NCBI GenBank assembly: GCA_050951585.1 | Contig: JBMNJI010000006.1 | Span: 364,434 to 428,433 of the forward strand | From: Peptococcia bacterium | Lineage (GTDB): Bacteria; Bacillota; Peptococcia; DRI-13; DTU073 | Reading direction: 5' to 3' | Length of the DNA: 64,000 nucleotides | In this document: positions 26,556-36,081 of the stretch, piece by piece | How positions within the stretch are numbered: the stretch's first letter is position 1 | Layout of the letters: each line of letters opens with the position of its first letter | Position numbers and translations under genes: made by a program | The notes under the pieces: model-generated | Databases searched by the model: none | Seen by the model: only the letters and a program-made list of their open reading frames with translations | Told to the model about the DNA's origin: nothing

Positions 26556-28028
26556 CTAAATAATTATACAGATGATTCCTCCGCTCCCGTCATTGACAAT
26601 TCGCCTCAAGGTTTCCTTCAATTTATCCTGCACGTTCTCCGGCATTGTTTGCAGCTTGCTTTGAATACTCTCGGTCACAAGCTCTTGTAAGGACTTCCCA
26701 AAGATATCGTAATCCCAGATTTGTGACGGATTCTCCTGAAATTTCTCCGTAATATAACGGGCAAGGTCGGCGCATTGTCTTTCCGTTCCCATTAAGGGAG
26801 TTATTTCTGCCGTAATATCCGTCCGGATGATATGTAAGGATGGCGCACTCGCTTTTAATCTGACGCCAAATAGTCCGCCTTGTTTAATTAATTCCGGTTC
26901 TTCCAGATTCATTTCCGTCATAATCGGATTGACAACGCCATAGCCGGTCTCCCGCACCCGTTCCATGGCTTCGGCTACTTTATCATATTCGGCCTTGGCA
27001 AAAGTTAACTCCTTCATCAAACGGTAAATATCATGCTCTCCGGTTATTTCCAAACCGGTCGCTTCATTTAATACTTCATAGAATAAGCCGTCTTTTGCCG
27101 TCATTTCAATCGAAGCCGTCCCTGTTCCCATATCCATACTGTCAAGAACAACCTCGCCGATGAAGTCTAATTGGGAAAGAGTCTCCAAAGCCCCGTCAAT
27201 ATCCCTTAATCTCCGGACCTGACTGATAATCTCCTGTACCGAGCTTTCGAATTTTGTTCTCAACCAATGCTCTGACGTGAGCTCCTCAATCCATTTAGGC
27301 AGGCTTATATTGACCTCGCTGACCGGGAATTCGAACAGCGCCTCCTCGAGAATCTGCATAATCATTCCTTGCGACAGTTGCGCCACATCTACAGGAATAA
27401 CCGGCACTTCATAGTTATTTTCCAGCTCTTGCGCCAGCTCTATCGTCGTAACATCATTAGGACGGAGCGTGTTTAATATCACCACAAAAGGTTTTCCTAA
27501 AGCCCTTAATTCTTCAATCACTTTCGCTTCCGCTTCCACATAATTTTCCCGGGGTAATTCCGTAATACTGCCGTCCGTAGTGATGACCAGCCCAATTGTG
27601 GAATGATCGGTAATCACTTTGCGCGTACCCATCTCCGCCGCTTCCTGAAAAGGCATCGCCTCATCGGACCAAGGTGTATGCACCATCCGCGGACCGTTCT
27701 CATCTTCGTATCCCTTCGCTCCCGGAATGGCGAAACCGACACAATCCGCTAATCTTACCGCTACTGTAAGGCCTTCCTTTACTTCAATTTCGACAGCCTC
27801 ATTGGGTACAAATTTTGGCTCAGTAGTCATGATTGTTTTTCCGGCTCCGCTTTGCGGTAATTCATCGATTGCTCTTTCCCGGTCATAAGTATTTTTAATA
27901 TTCGGTATCACCAATAAATCCATAAACCTTTTGATAAATGTTGATTTTCCTACCCGAACAGGCCCAACTACCCCTAAATATACATCACCCCCTGTTCTTT
28001 CCGCGATATCACGAAAAATATTTTCCAC
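26556..28028 (-). CDS. spoIVA: stage IV sporulation protein A
   Basis: 490 aa. MENIFRDIAERTGGDVYLGVVGPVRVGKSTFIKRFM matches the highly conserved SpoIVA N-terminus including Walker A. Confidence 0.95.
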   Translation of the reverse strand: MENIFRDIAERTGGDVYLGVVGPVRVGKSTFIKRFMDLLVIPNIKNTYDRERAIDELPQSGAGKTIMTTEPKFVPNEAVEIEVKEGLTVAVRLADCVGFAIPGAKGYEDENGPRMVHTPWSDEAMPFQEAAEMGTRKVITDHSTIGLVITTDGSITELPRENYVEAEAKVIEELRALGKPFVVILNTLRPNDVTTIELAQELENNYEVPVIPVDVAQLSQGMIMQILEEALFEFPVSEVNISLPKWIEELTSEHWLRTKFESSVQEIISQVRRLRDIDGALETLSQLDFIGEVVLDSMDMGTGTASIEMTAKDGLFYEVLNEATGLEITGEHDIYRLMKELTFAKAEYDKVAEAMERVRETGYGVVNPIMTEMNLEEPELIKQGGLFGVRLKASAPSLHIIRTDITAEITPLMGTERQCADLARYITEKFQENPSQIWDYDIFGKSLQELVTESIQSKLQTMPENVQDKLKETLRRIVNDGSGGIICIII

Positions 28029-28211
28029 ACTATCCCCTCCTTAAAATTCTTATGTTTATAAAAATGCTATAAAACATGCAATACCTGCCATCCCCCCTTA
28101 ACCGAGATATGATGCGACTGAAAGTAGAAAAACTCTTGAGAGTCTGTACAAATTTCCAAATAATGAACAATACATATATACTGTCCTCTTTGATTATTTA
28201 TTACTAAGTTC

Positions 28212-28252
28212 AAAAAAAATGCCTGATATATGTTAAAAACATAGATCAGGCA
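28212..28252 (-). terminator. rho-independent terminator after gpsA
   Basis: 14-bp stem GCCTGAT(A/C)TATGTT with one mismatch (28221-28250), followed on the minus strand by T8. Confidence 0.75.
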
Positions 28253-28276
28253 TTTGAATATTTAATTGAACCAGCT

Positions 28277-29302
28277 TTACCAATCGGCTTGCTTCGCGAC
28301 CTCTTCCACTTCATGGGTCTTTTGCCGCATCATTAAGTCAACTACTGCTTCCCGTGGTTCCTTATTATTAAATAATACTTCATATGTTTCCTGGCAAATG
28401 GGCATGGCCACCTGATATTTTTCACTCAGGGCACAACCGGCCTTCGTCGCCGTGACCCCTTCCACGACCATGCCGATCTCCTTTAGAACCTGCGTTAAGG
28501 TTTCACCTTTCCCCAGGCGGATCCCCGCCCGCCGGTTCCGACTGTGCATACTGGTACACGTCACAATTAAATCCCCGATCCCGGTCAGACCGGCAAAAGT
28601 CAACGGATTTGCTCCTGCCGCCACACCCACACGGGCAATTTCTCTGACCCCACGGGTGAGCAAGGCTGCTTTGGTATTGTCACCATATCCAATTCCATCC
28701 GCAATTCCTGTGGCCAGCGCAATAACGTTTTTCAAGGCGCCACCAATTTCAATCCCAATTAAATCCGGATTAGTATATACCCGAAACTTCGGCGACATGA
28801 AAAGATCCTGAATTTCTTCCGCTGTCTGCCGACTGCTTGACCCGACAACAACTGCGGTGGGAATATCTCTCCCCACCTCTTCGGCATGACTGGGACCGGA
28901 AAGAACACTAATGGCGGGCCCGATTTCCCGAAACTCTTCAGCGATCACCTCGCTTAGTCTTTTCAATGTTCCCTGTTCAATTCCTTTCGCGACATTGATA
29001 ATAACCATATCCTCGCTGATCAATTCTTTGATCTGCTGACATAAGCCTCTGGTTTTATCGGAAGGAACCGCCAGCACTACATATTTTTTCCCGGCTAAAG
29101 CCTCTTCAAAATCGGCTGTAGTCGAGATACCACTAGGTAACACCACCCCCGGCAGGTAATGCAGATTTTCTCTTTTTATATTCATTTCAGCCATTTTTTC
29201 ACTGTTACGTCCCCACAAATGCACGGGGAAACCTTTTTTCGCCAGCAAAAGAGCCAGTGCTGTGCCCCAACTCCCGGCACCGAGTACCGCAATCCTTTTC
29301 AT
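28277..29302 (-). CDS. gpsA: NAD(P)H-dependent glycerol-3-phosphate dehydrogenase
   Basis: 341 aa. GAGSWGTALA N-terminus. Part of the conserved der-plsY-gpsA order. Confidence 0.9.
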   Translation of the reverse strand: MKRIAVLGAGSWGTALALLLAKKGFPVHLWGRNSEKMAEMNIKRENLHYLPGVVLPSGISTTADFEEALAGKKYVVLAVPSDKTRGLCQQIKELISEDMVIINVAKGIEQGTLKRLSEVIAEEFREIGPAISVLSGPSHAEEVGRDIPTAVVVGSSSRQTAEEIQDLFMSPKFRVYTNPDLIGIEIGGALKNVIALATGIADGIGYGDNTKAALLTRGVREIARVGVAAGANPLTFAGLTGIGDLIVTCTSMHSRNRRAGIRLGKGETLTQVLKEIGMVVEGVTATKAGCALSEKYQVAMPICQETYEVLFNNKEPREAVVDLMMRQKTHEVEEVAKQADW

Positions 29303-29914
29303 TTATGCCCCTCCCACTTTTTTATTTTTACCTTCACCGATTTTATTTTCTGTCCCATGATATATTCTCATCATATTTGATTTATGGCGATAGATGACAA
29401 AAGAGGCGCCGCAAATACCAAAAAGAATCACCGGAAATTCTTTCGCGAATACAATCATCAACAAAGGAACACTAATCGCCGCAATGATCGAGCCTAAAGA
29501 AACATAACGGCTTAACCAGATAACGAGCAAAAAGATCAGCAGGGCAAGAAGAAGTACATCCGGAGCCAGGCTTAAACCTACGCCTAACCCTGTCGCAACC
29601 CCTTTCCCGCCACGGAATTGAAAAAATACCGGATAAGTATGTCCAAGCATCGTGGCCAGCCCGCCCAGGACCGCACAATATGTATCACCAAAATAAAAAC
29701 CGATCAGCACACCTAGAACACCTTTTAAGGTATCACCAATTAAAACGAGAATCGACGGACCTTTTCCGACGGTGCGCATGACATTGGTAAACCCTGTATT
29801 ACCGCTGCCGTAATCTCTAATATCGATGCCCCGAAATAGTTTGGTGACAATAATCCCAAAAGAGACAGAACCGATTAAGTATCCTGACAGTATCGCCAAA
29901 AAATAGTTCATCAA
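29303..29914 (-). CDS. plsY: glycerol-3-phosphate acyltransferase PlsY
   Basis: 203 aa membrane protein with the GSGNTGFTN motif. Confidence 0.9.
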   Translation of the reverse strand: MMNYFLAILSGYLIGSVSFGIIVTKLFRGIDIRDYGSGNTGFTNVMRTVGKGPSILVLIGDTLKGVLGVLIGFYFGDTYCAVLGGLATMLGHTYPVFFQFRGGKGVATGLGVGLSLAPDVLLLALLIFLLVIWLSRYVSLGSIIAAISVPLLMIVFAKEFPVILFGICGASFVIYRHKSNMMRIYHGTENKIGEGKNKKVGGA

Positions 29915-29934
29915 ACCAACTCCTTGGTTATTCT

Positions 29935-31260
29935 CTATGCTTTTTCCTCTCTTTTTCTGACCGTTATTTTGAGCGGAGTCCCTTCAAAACCAAAATTTTC
30001 TCTGAACTTGTTTTCCAGATACCTTTGATAGGAAAAGTGTAATAACTCCGGTTCATTCACAAAAAGGATAAAATGCGGCGGTTTGATCCCGGCCTGTGTA
30101 ACGTACAAGATTTTCAGCCTTTTCCCTTTATCTGAAGGCGGTGGCGTCAGTTGGACCGCTTCACTTACCACTTCATTTAACACACTGGTGCTGATGCGAT
30201 GGCTTTGCTGCTCGGCCACAAAATTAATCAAATCGGTTATTTTCACTACTCTCTGCTTCGTCAAAGCAGAAACATACAACGTCGGGGCATATTGCATGAA
30301 CCCTAATTCCCGGCGGATCTCCTCGTCAAATTTTTTCATGGTCTTGTCATCTTTTTCGACGATGTCCCACTTATTGACGATAACGATTACCCCTTTACCG
30401 GCTTCGTGTACATAGCCGGCAATGCGCTTATCCTGCTCGGTAACTCCTTCCAGCCCATCGATGACCATTAACGCCACATCACTACGGTCAACCGCCCGCA
30501 AAGCACGGATCACGCTATACCGCTCCGTCGCTTCTTCAATATTCCGCCGGCGTCTCATTCCCGCAGTATCAATCAGGACATAACGCTGGCCTTCTTTTTC
30601 GAAAGGAACATCAATCGCATCCCGTGTTGTGCCGGGCACATTACTGACAATAACCCGTTCCTGTCCCAGGATAGCATTGACCAGGGAAGACTTCCCCACA
30701 TTCGGTCTGCCAACCACGGCAATTTTAATCACATCCGGTTCATAATCATCTTCCGTTGTCATCGTGAATTTACTGACAATCAGATCAAGTAAATCACCGG
30801 TATTCATGCCATGCTCCGCCGAAATACAGACTACATTCTCCAGACCCAAACGATAAAACTCATAAAGGTCAGGATTATTCTTAAATTGCTCGACTTTATT
30901 AACAACCAAAATAACCGGCTTGGAAGTTCTGCGCAGCTGCCCCGCAATCTGCTCATCCTGCGGCAACAAACCGGCCCGACTATCCACCAGGAATAAAATA
31001 ACATCCGCCTCCCGCATCGCTATTTCAGCCTGTTTTCTGATTAACCCGCTCATTGATTCTTCCCCACTGCTAAACTCTATGCCTCCCGTATCAATAAGGG
31101 TAAATGTTTTCCCCAGCCATTCAGCGTCACGATACAGCCTGTCCCTGGTTACCCCGGGCGTATCCTCCACAATGGCCGCACGACCTCCCGTCAGCCGGTT
31201 AAACAAAGTTGATTTGCCCACATTCGGTCGACCCAAAATTGCCACAATCGGTTTAGCCAC
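29935..31260 (-). CDS. der: ribosome biogenesis GTPase Der (EngA)
   Basis: 441 aa. Two GTPase domains ([12 protein letters not shown] and [12 protein letters not shown]) plus a KH-like C-terminus. Confidence 0.95.
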   Translation of the reverse strand: MAKPIVAILGRPNVGKSTLFNRLTGGRAAIVEDTPGVTRDRLYRDAEWLGKTFTLIDTGGIEFSSGEESMSGLIRKQAEIAMREADVILFLVDSRAGLLPQDEQIAGQLRRTSKPVILVVNKVEQFKNNPDLYEFYRLGLENVVCISAEHGMNTGDLLDLIVSKFTMTTEDDYEPDVIKIAVVGRPNVGKSSLVNAILGQERVIVSNVPGTTRDAIDVPFEKEGQRYVLIDTAGMRRRRNIEEATERYSVIRALRAVDRSDVALMVIDGLEGVTEQDKRIAGYVHEAGKGVIVIVNKWDIVEKDDKTMKKFDEEIRRELGFMQYAPTLYVSALTKQRVVKITDLINFVAEQQSHRISTSVLNEVVSEAVQLTPPPSDKGKRLKILYVTQAGIKPPHFILFVNEPELLHFSYQRYLENKFRENFGFEGTPLKITVRKREEKA

Positions 31261-31274
31261 GTCATATCCCCCCT

Positions 31275-32600
31275 TTAAAGATTACTAATCATCTGCCAGA
31301 TTTCTTGCGCTTCAATTGGCACGGTAAACAATCGTATGCCTAAAGCTTCCCCAACCTCCGCCGGGGTTAAATCATCCAAAAACTTTCCATCGCCGGACTT
31401 TACTGTAGATTCCGGGATAAAAACAATAGTTCCCGGAGCAAGATTCTTTAACCCTGCCAAAAAGCAAGAGCCGGTTAACAGCCCGGCAACGGTTATCGTC
31501 GGGCCAAAAAAAGTATTGGGAACAGCCTGCAAGGTCACCTGCAAACCTTTGATCTTATTTAAACGTTCCACCAGGGGCTTCAGCACCGGTACTCCGGATA
31601 TACCTGTGGCAAATACTATTCCCCTCGGTCCGTCCAGCTCTGCGGGTAACGCTAGCCGGGCAAATTCATCCCACAGGAGGCGGACCATTCCTACGCCATT
31701 TTCCAACTGAGAAAAATCTTCATAACTTTCATACACCGGAAAATCACGACCACTTAACAGATAAAATTCATCTGAGGGCCAAATAAAGCGACTGCCTCTT
31801 TCCGGCAGTTCCAATTCCTGTTTTTGCTCTACCCATTCAACCAGGCGAGCGGCTTCATCCTGCCGGAAAACGCGCAAATCTGGCAGACCACGGCGAAAAC
31901 CCGTTAATCCCACAGGAACTACTGCCAAGGAGATTACTCCGTTTATTCTCCTTAAATCCTCATAAGTTTTCTGTAACGCCTCTCCGTCATTGATACCGGG
32001 ACAAGCAACAACCTGCGTATGAAATTCGATCCCCGCCTCCGTCAACTCCTGCATTATTTCAAGGATGTTGCCGGCCTGCGGATTTTTCATGAGTCTCGTG
32101 CGCAGTGCCGCATCAGTAGTATGTACGGAAACATATAAGGGTGAAAGATGTTCTCTTTTTATTCTATCCAGATCTTCTGGAGATAAATTCGTCAACGTAA
32201 TGTAACTTCCCTGCAAAAATGACAGCCGAAAATCATCATCTTTTTGATAAAGACTGGGCCTCATCTTCGGCGGCATCTGGTCCACAAAACAAAAGACACA
32301 TTTATTGCGACAGGTCCTCAGCCCGCAAAAAACTGCCCGTTGAAAATGTACTCCCAGCGGCTCATCATAGTCTTTTTCAATTTCATAAATAACGTGTTCG
32401 CCGTTTCTCTTACACACTTCCAGCAGAATCTGCTCTTCCGCCCATTCGATCTGATAAGTAATTAAATCTTCGATCACTTTATGATTAATTTTGCAGAGCC
32501 GATCCCCCGCCGTAATTCCTAATTCCTCGGCCAAAGATCCCTCTTCCACAAAAACAATCTCCGCACCTTGCATTCGGCTCACCACCGCAAAGAAATTCAA
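31275..32600 (-). CDS. DUF512 protein with N-terminal PDZ-like and radical-SAM-like region
   Basis: 441 aa. Contains the CRNKCVFCF cysteine cluster. Its position upstream of der is common in Clostridia (recalled, not checked). Confidence 0.7.
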   Translation of the reverse strand: MNFFAVVSRMQGAEIVFVEEGSLAEELGITAGDRLCKINHKVIEDLITYQIEWAEEQILLEVCKRNGEHVIYEIEKDYDEPLGVHFQRAVFCGLRTCRNKCVFCFVDQMPPKMRPSLYQKDDDFRLSFLQGSYITLTNLSPEDLDRIKREHLSPLYVSVHTTDAALRTRLMKNPQAGNILEIMQELTEAGIEFHTQVVACPGINDGEALQKTYEDLRRINGVISLAVVPVGLTGFRRGLPDLRVFRQDEAARLVEWVEQKQELELPERGSRFIWPSDEFYLLSGRDFPVYESYEDFSQLENGVGMVRLLWDEFARLALPAELDGPRGIVFATGISGVPVLKPLVERLNKIKGLQVTLQAVPNTFFGPTITVAGLLTGSCFLAGLKNLAPGTIVFIPESTVKSGDGKFLDDLTPAEVGEALGIRLFTVPIEAQEIWQMISNL

Positions 32601-32725
32601 TCAATCTCCATCAATTATCCTTTATTCCTGGCAATTCGTCAATAAAGATTAATCGAATTGATAACTAAAGCCAGGTCACCCTGGCTCTTCTAAATCTTTG
32701 TGTTACTATGACCTTACTATGCCGG

Positions 32726-33223
32726 CTACAGGCAATTCTGCTGTTTGATCCTCCGGACAAGGGAAGGCATGCGGGCGCTTAAATATTTTGCCCAGATAGT
32801 CTTGATATACTTACGGAACCGTCCTCGCGTCAACATTTCCAAAATGCAAAGCGACCAGGGATTAATCGTGCTCAAATCATAGATCAGCATCTGTTTTTGT
32901 GTGCCAAGCAGCCGCAAGATCTCCGGTCCTAAAACGGTCTTGACAAAACAGCCGTAGACACCTGCACTTAAAGTATAATACTCATTCCCTTGTTCATCGC
33001 GCGCCCGTAACTGTAATTCACCCGGGTGGTAAGGATGAGGCTCGGCAAAATCAGGAATCGACAATAATTGCCGGTAATGTGCTTCTTCCTTTAAGTGGCC
33101 TGCGGCGAAAACAGCTGCCACAAGCGAGGCAAAACAACCAAATTGGTCAAGAAAGACATGCTTCACCTCTTGTCCCACACCACCTTTATAACTTCCATCC
33201 TGAGTTCCAACCCGCTTATTCAT
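32726..33223 (-). CDS. DUF3189-like protein (divergent paralogue)
   Basis: FGCFASLVAAVFAAGHL parallels the CYGGAHSSVTAAAIHLG motif of the neighbouring gene. Start is uncertain. Confidence 0.55.
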   Translation of the reverse strand: MNKRVGTQDGSYKGGVGQEVKHVFLDQFGCFASLVAAVFAAGHLKEEAHYRQLLSIPDFAEPHPYHPGELQLRARDEQGNEYYTLSAGVYGCFVKTVLGPEILRLLGTQKQMLIYDLSTINPWSLCILEMLTRGRFRKYIKTIWAKYLSARMPSLVRRIKQQNCL

Positions 33224-33265
33224 TGAGAAAAGTGAAACCCGCTTCTTCCGATCATGGAAAAAACC

Positions 33266-33724
33266 TTACTGCAGGTCTTTACCTTTGATTATTTTCACTA
33301 AATGCAAAAATTTATCATATGCTTTCTGTGTACCATAAATAACGATTGGTCTGCCTGGTATCACCAGCCCTAAACGGCGCGAAAGAAAACCGCCGATGAC
33401 CATCCACAAATTGACATATGGCATCGTATCCACAAAAAGAAACTCGTCCTGGCTTTCCCCGCTCAATAGAATAAAGCTCCGCATAATTTTCTCATAATAT
33501 GAGCCGAGATTCTTTTTCCCAACAATATAAATTTCATTGCCCAAACAATCAAGACCAAGAAAACGAATCTTCCCGTGGTCCTTCCCTTTCTGAGCATCAT
33601 AATAAGGCAGATTAAGCAGTTCGCGAGCCGTAGGCAACCTTGTCTCCGGCAGCCAGCCGAGATGAATTGCCGCAGCGGTAACCGAAGAATGGGCTCCGCC
33701 ATAACAATTATAGATTATCTTCAA
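33266..33724 (-). CDS. DUF3189 family protein
   Basis: 152 aa. MKIIYNCYGGAHSSVTAAAIHLGWLP is the characteristic N-terminus (family name from memory). Confidence 0.7.
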   Translation of the reverse strand: MKIIYNCYGGAHSSVTAAAIHLGWLPETRLPTARELLNLPYYDAQKGKDHGKIRFLGLDCLGNEIYIVGKKNLGSYYEKIMRSFILLSGESQDEFLFVDTMPYVNLWMVIGGFLSRRLGLVIPGRPIVIYGTQKAYDKFLHLVKIIKGKDLQ

Positions 33725-33739
33725 ATTAAGTAAACCTGT

Positions 33740-35083
33740 TCAACGTTGGCTTTTTTGCTCAGAATCTGCCGCATCAGACGGCGAAGACTCTGATGAAGAT
33801 CCTGTTGAAGACTCTGCTGATGATTCCGGCGAAAGCTCTGCTGAAAACTCTGTTGAAGATTCCGGCGGCGCAGATGGCGGTGCTTTTTTTGTTTTGCTCC
33901 CTTTTGCCGCAGCATCTCTCCGGACCGGTCCAAAATAATTGGAGAATTCCCTGCCCAAACCGGTTATTTTCGACCAGGAGCCACGCAAACTGCCGGTACT
34001 TAGCAGTAAGAAGGCACCCCCGCCAATTACCGCTATAGCAAGGATGGTCAATAAGGCTTTCCCGACACCCGGTCTCGTCCCCGTGGGCTCCGCCGGAGCC
34101 GCGGCCGTGGCACCCACGATTTTAGGAATACCCTCGGCAAAAGCAGCCACCCCGTTCTCTGCTGCCGGGCGACTATTGGTATGGGTTCCTACTTCAATTA
34201 GGATGGTTTGCGGGCCTAAGTCCTGATTATAATTACCCTTCCCAATATAAATCCCTTTGATAAAGCCGGGTTTATGTTTATCAAAGTAGGCTTTGATTCT
34301 TTTGGCAAAATCCAAATTGGCAGACATATTAGCATTTTGCCTTCCTACTACTAATCTGATTTTGGTGCCCGTCTGACCGTCAATTTCCGTCTTATAATAA
34401 TTCGGGTCGGGAATTCCGTCACGATGGACATCAATTAAAGCCAGGGGATTTTGCTTCAAAAGCTGGACGGCCGTTTTTCTGGAACGGTGGTACGCATTAG
34501 CATCATGCGGGTCGTGCTTATCAAAACTAATCAATGATTCGACCCCTTTTTCCTTCAAACTGTTGGCCAGTGTATTCCCTACCTGTAATATGCCGCCGCT
34601 TCCCGGTTTGCTTGCCGTTCCATCTGTCGGTATATATGATTCATCAGTATGCGTCATATATATTGCTACTCTCCCATTCCCCCCATCCGCTTGGGCTGTT
34701 GGTACGGCATCCCATTCCTCCAGGTAGCTTACTTTTTCCTCTCCTACTACTTCGGCGACAGCCTTCATCTGTTCTTCATCTACGCTCGTGATGCGATACC
34801 GCTTGTTATTTTCCAAAATGAATTCATCGCCCACATAAGTCTGTCGTCCAATCTGGTCTATCTCCTTTCCCGCCTCATCAACCACCGAATAATAGGTCCC
34901 GCAGTCCAACTCCACTTCCCACTTCCCCAAAGAGTCCAGAAAATCCAGATTTAAGCCGGTTTGAGCCAGAGTGTTGTATACGCGGGGATTCTTTTCCAAA
35001 ATAAAAAGTCCTCCCCCTAAGAGCAATAAACCGATACTGATGAGCAATATGATTTTATTAATGATGTTATTCTTCATGTTCAT
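33740..35083 (-). CDS. spoIIP: stage II sporulation protein P with C-terminal TM segment and Ser/Glu-rich tail
   Basis: 447 aa. N-terminal TM, then the VAIYMTHTDESY...IDVHRDG SpoIIP core, then a TM segment (LLTILAIAVIGGGAFLLL) and a low-complexity tail. Confidence 0.85.
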   Translation of the reverse strand: MNMKNNIINKIILLISIGLLLLGGGLFILEKNPRVYNTLAQTGLNLDFLDSLGKWEVELDCGTYYSVVDEAGKEIDQIGRQTYVGDEFILENNKRYRITSVDEEQMKAVAEVVGEEKVSYLEEWDAVPTAQADGGNGRVAIYMTHTDESYIPTDGTASKPGSGGILQVGNTLANSLKEKGVESLISFDKHDPHDANAYHRSRKTAVQLLKQNPLALIDVHRDGIPDPNYYKTEIDGQTGTKIRLVVGRQNANMSANLDFAKRIKAYFDKHKPGFIKGIYIGKGNYNQDLGPQTILIEVGTHTNSRPAAENGVAAFAEGIPKIVGATAAAPAEPTGTRPGVGKALLTILAIAVIGGGAFLLLSTGSLRGSWSKITGLGREFSNYFGPVRRDAAAKGSKTKKAPPSAPPESSTEFSAELSPESSAESSTGSSSESSPSDAADSEQKSQR

Positions 35084-35789
35084 CTTCCTTTTCCACCCGT
35101 TCCTCTCTTCCGGAATCAGCCTTTAAATGCTCCAGCAACTCAGGAGCATGACCATCTTTGACCGGACCGCCTTGCAAGCGTTCCCGGGTTTCCCCAAATA
35201 ATTCCGCCAAAAGTATGGCGAATAAGCCGGCAAAAACAACCGAGTCAAATGCTCCAGCCCCGCCGAAATGCACACTTCCGGGCGTACCTGTTGAGCGTAA
35301 CCAAAAATAATGAATAATATCCAGACTTAAAACACCCAAGGTAGCGGCCACAAATGCCGAACGACGCGAGCGCCCTAAAAGATAAGCCGTCACACCGGCG
35401 ACCAAAGGATAAACATACAGCGGATCGAGGATCGTATTGCGGTCGTCCGGGTCATTGGTCATCAAATAACTGCCGATAAAATAAATAATACCTGCCGTGG
35501 CAACCGTTGCTACTAATGCTCGACCCCATTCTTTAGGAGTACCTGCCCGTGCTAAAAGATAAATTGCTAAACCAAGAGGGATGAGCGCCCCTCCCACATT
35601 TAATGAGACATCGATATCCCCCCGCGATAATGGAAGATCAATAAAGCTACCCACAATTAAGGCCCCAAGGATAATAAGAGCTTGCCGGTCAGTAAGCCTC
35701 ATCCGGTCTAAGAGACGATGTGCTAAGCCAAAATATACCAGGAGCGACACAACAACCAAAACAATAGTTCCAATGGGTAATCTGGTCAT
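35067..35789 (-). CDS. DUF1614 family membrane protein
   Basis: 240 aa polytopic membrane protein. ATG follows AAAGGAGG. Overlaps the spoIIP start by 17 nt. Confidence 0.65.
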   Translation of the reverse strand: MTRLPIGTIVLVVVSLLVYFGLAHRLLDRMRLTDRQALIILGALIVGSFIDLPLSRGDIDVSLNVGGALIPLGLAIYLLARAGTPKEWGRALVATVATAGIIYFIGSYLMTNDPDDRNTILDPLYVYPLVAGVTAYLLGRSRRSAFVAATLGVLSLDIIHYFWLRSTGTPGSVHFGGAGAFDSVVFAGLFAILLAELFGETRERLQGGPVKDGHAPELLEHLKADSGREERVEKEDEHEE

Positions 35790-36081
35790 AGGAAACCTCC
35801 TTTACATGAATCCACTCATGATCAAGATCATGCTTTCTCCTTGTAGATTTCCCAGTAGCTTACAAAAATATGCGTGACGGGCTCCCCTGCTTCGACAAGT
35901 GGCGGGTCTCACTTTCGTTCTTCAGCAGGCGGCGAGCATCTTACCCGTCTCGATAAAACGCGCAAAGATAAGAAAATTTTTCTCCAAGCGAAAAGTTTTC
36001 GCCTGATGCGTTATAATAAGAAACAGACAGATGTACAATCTAATATGGTTAAAAAATATTCGCAAAGAGGTGATTAATTCT

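Noticed and set aside
33721-33933. 70-aa minus-strand ORF rich in Q/R/L overlapping the spoIIP 3' end
   Set aside because: It is an alternative frame of the low-complexity Ser/Glu tail of SpoIIP, and its repetitive composition is a frame artefact.
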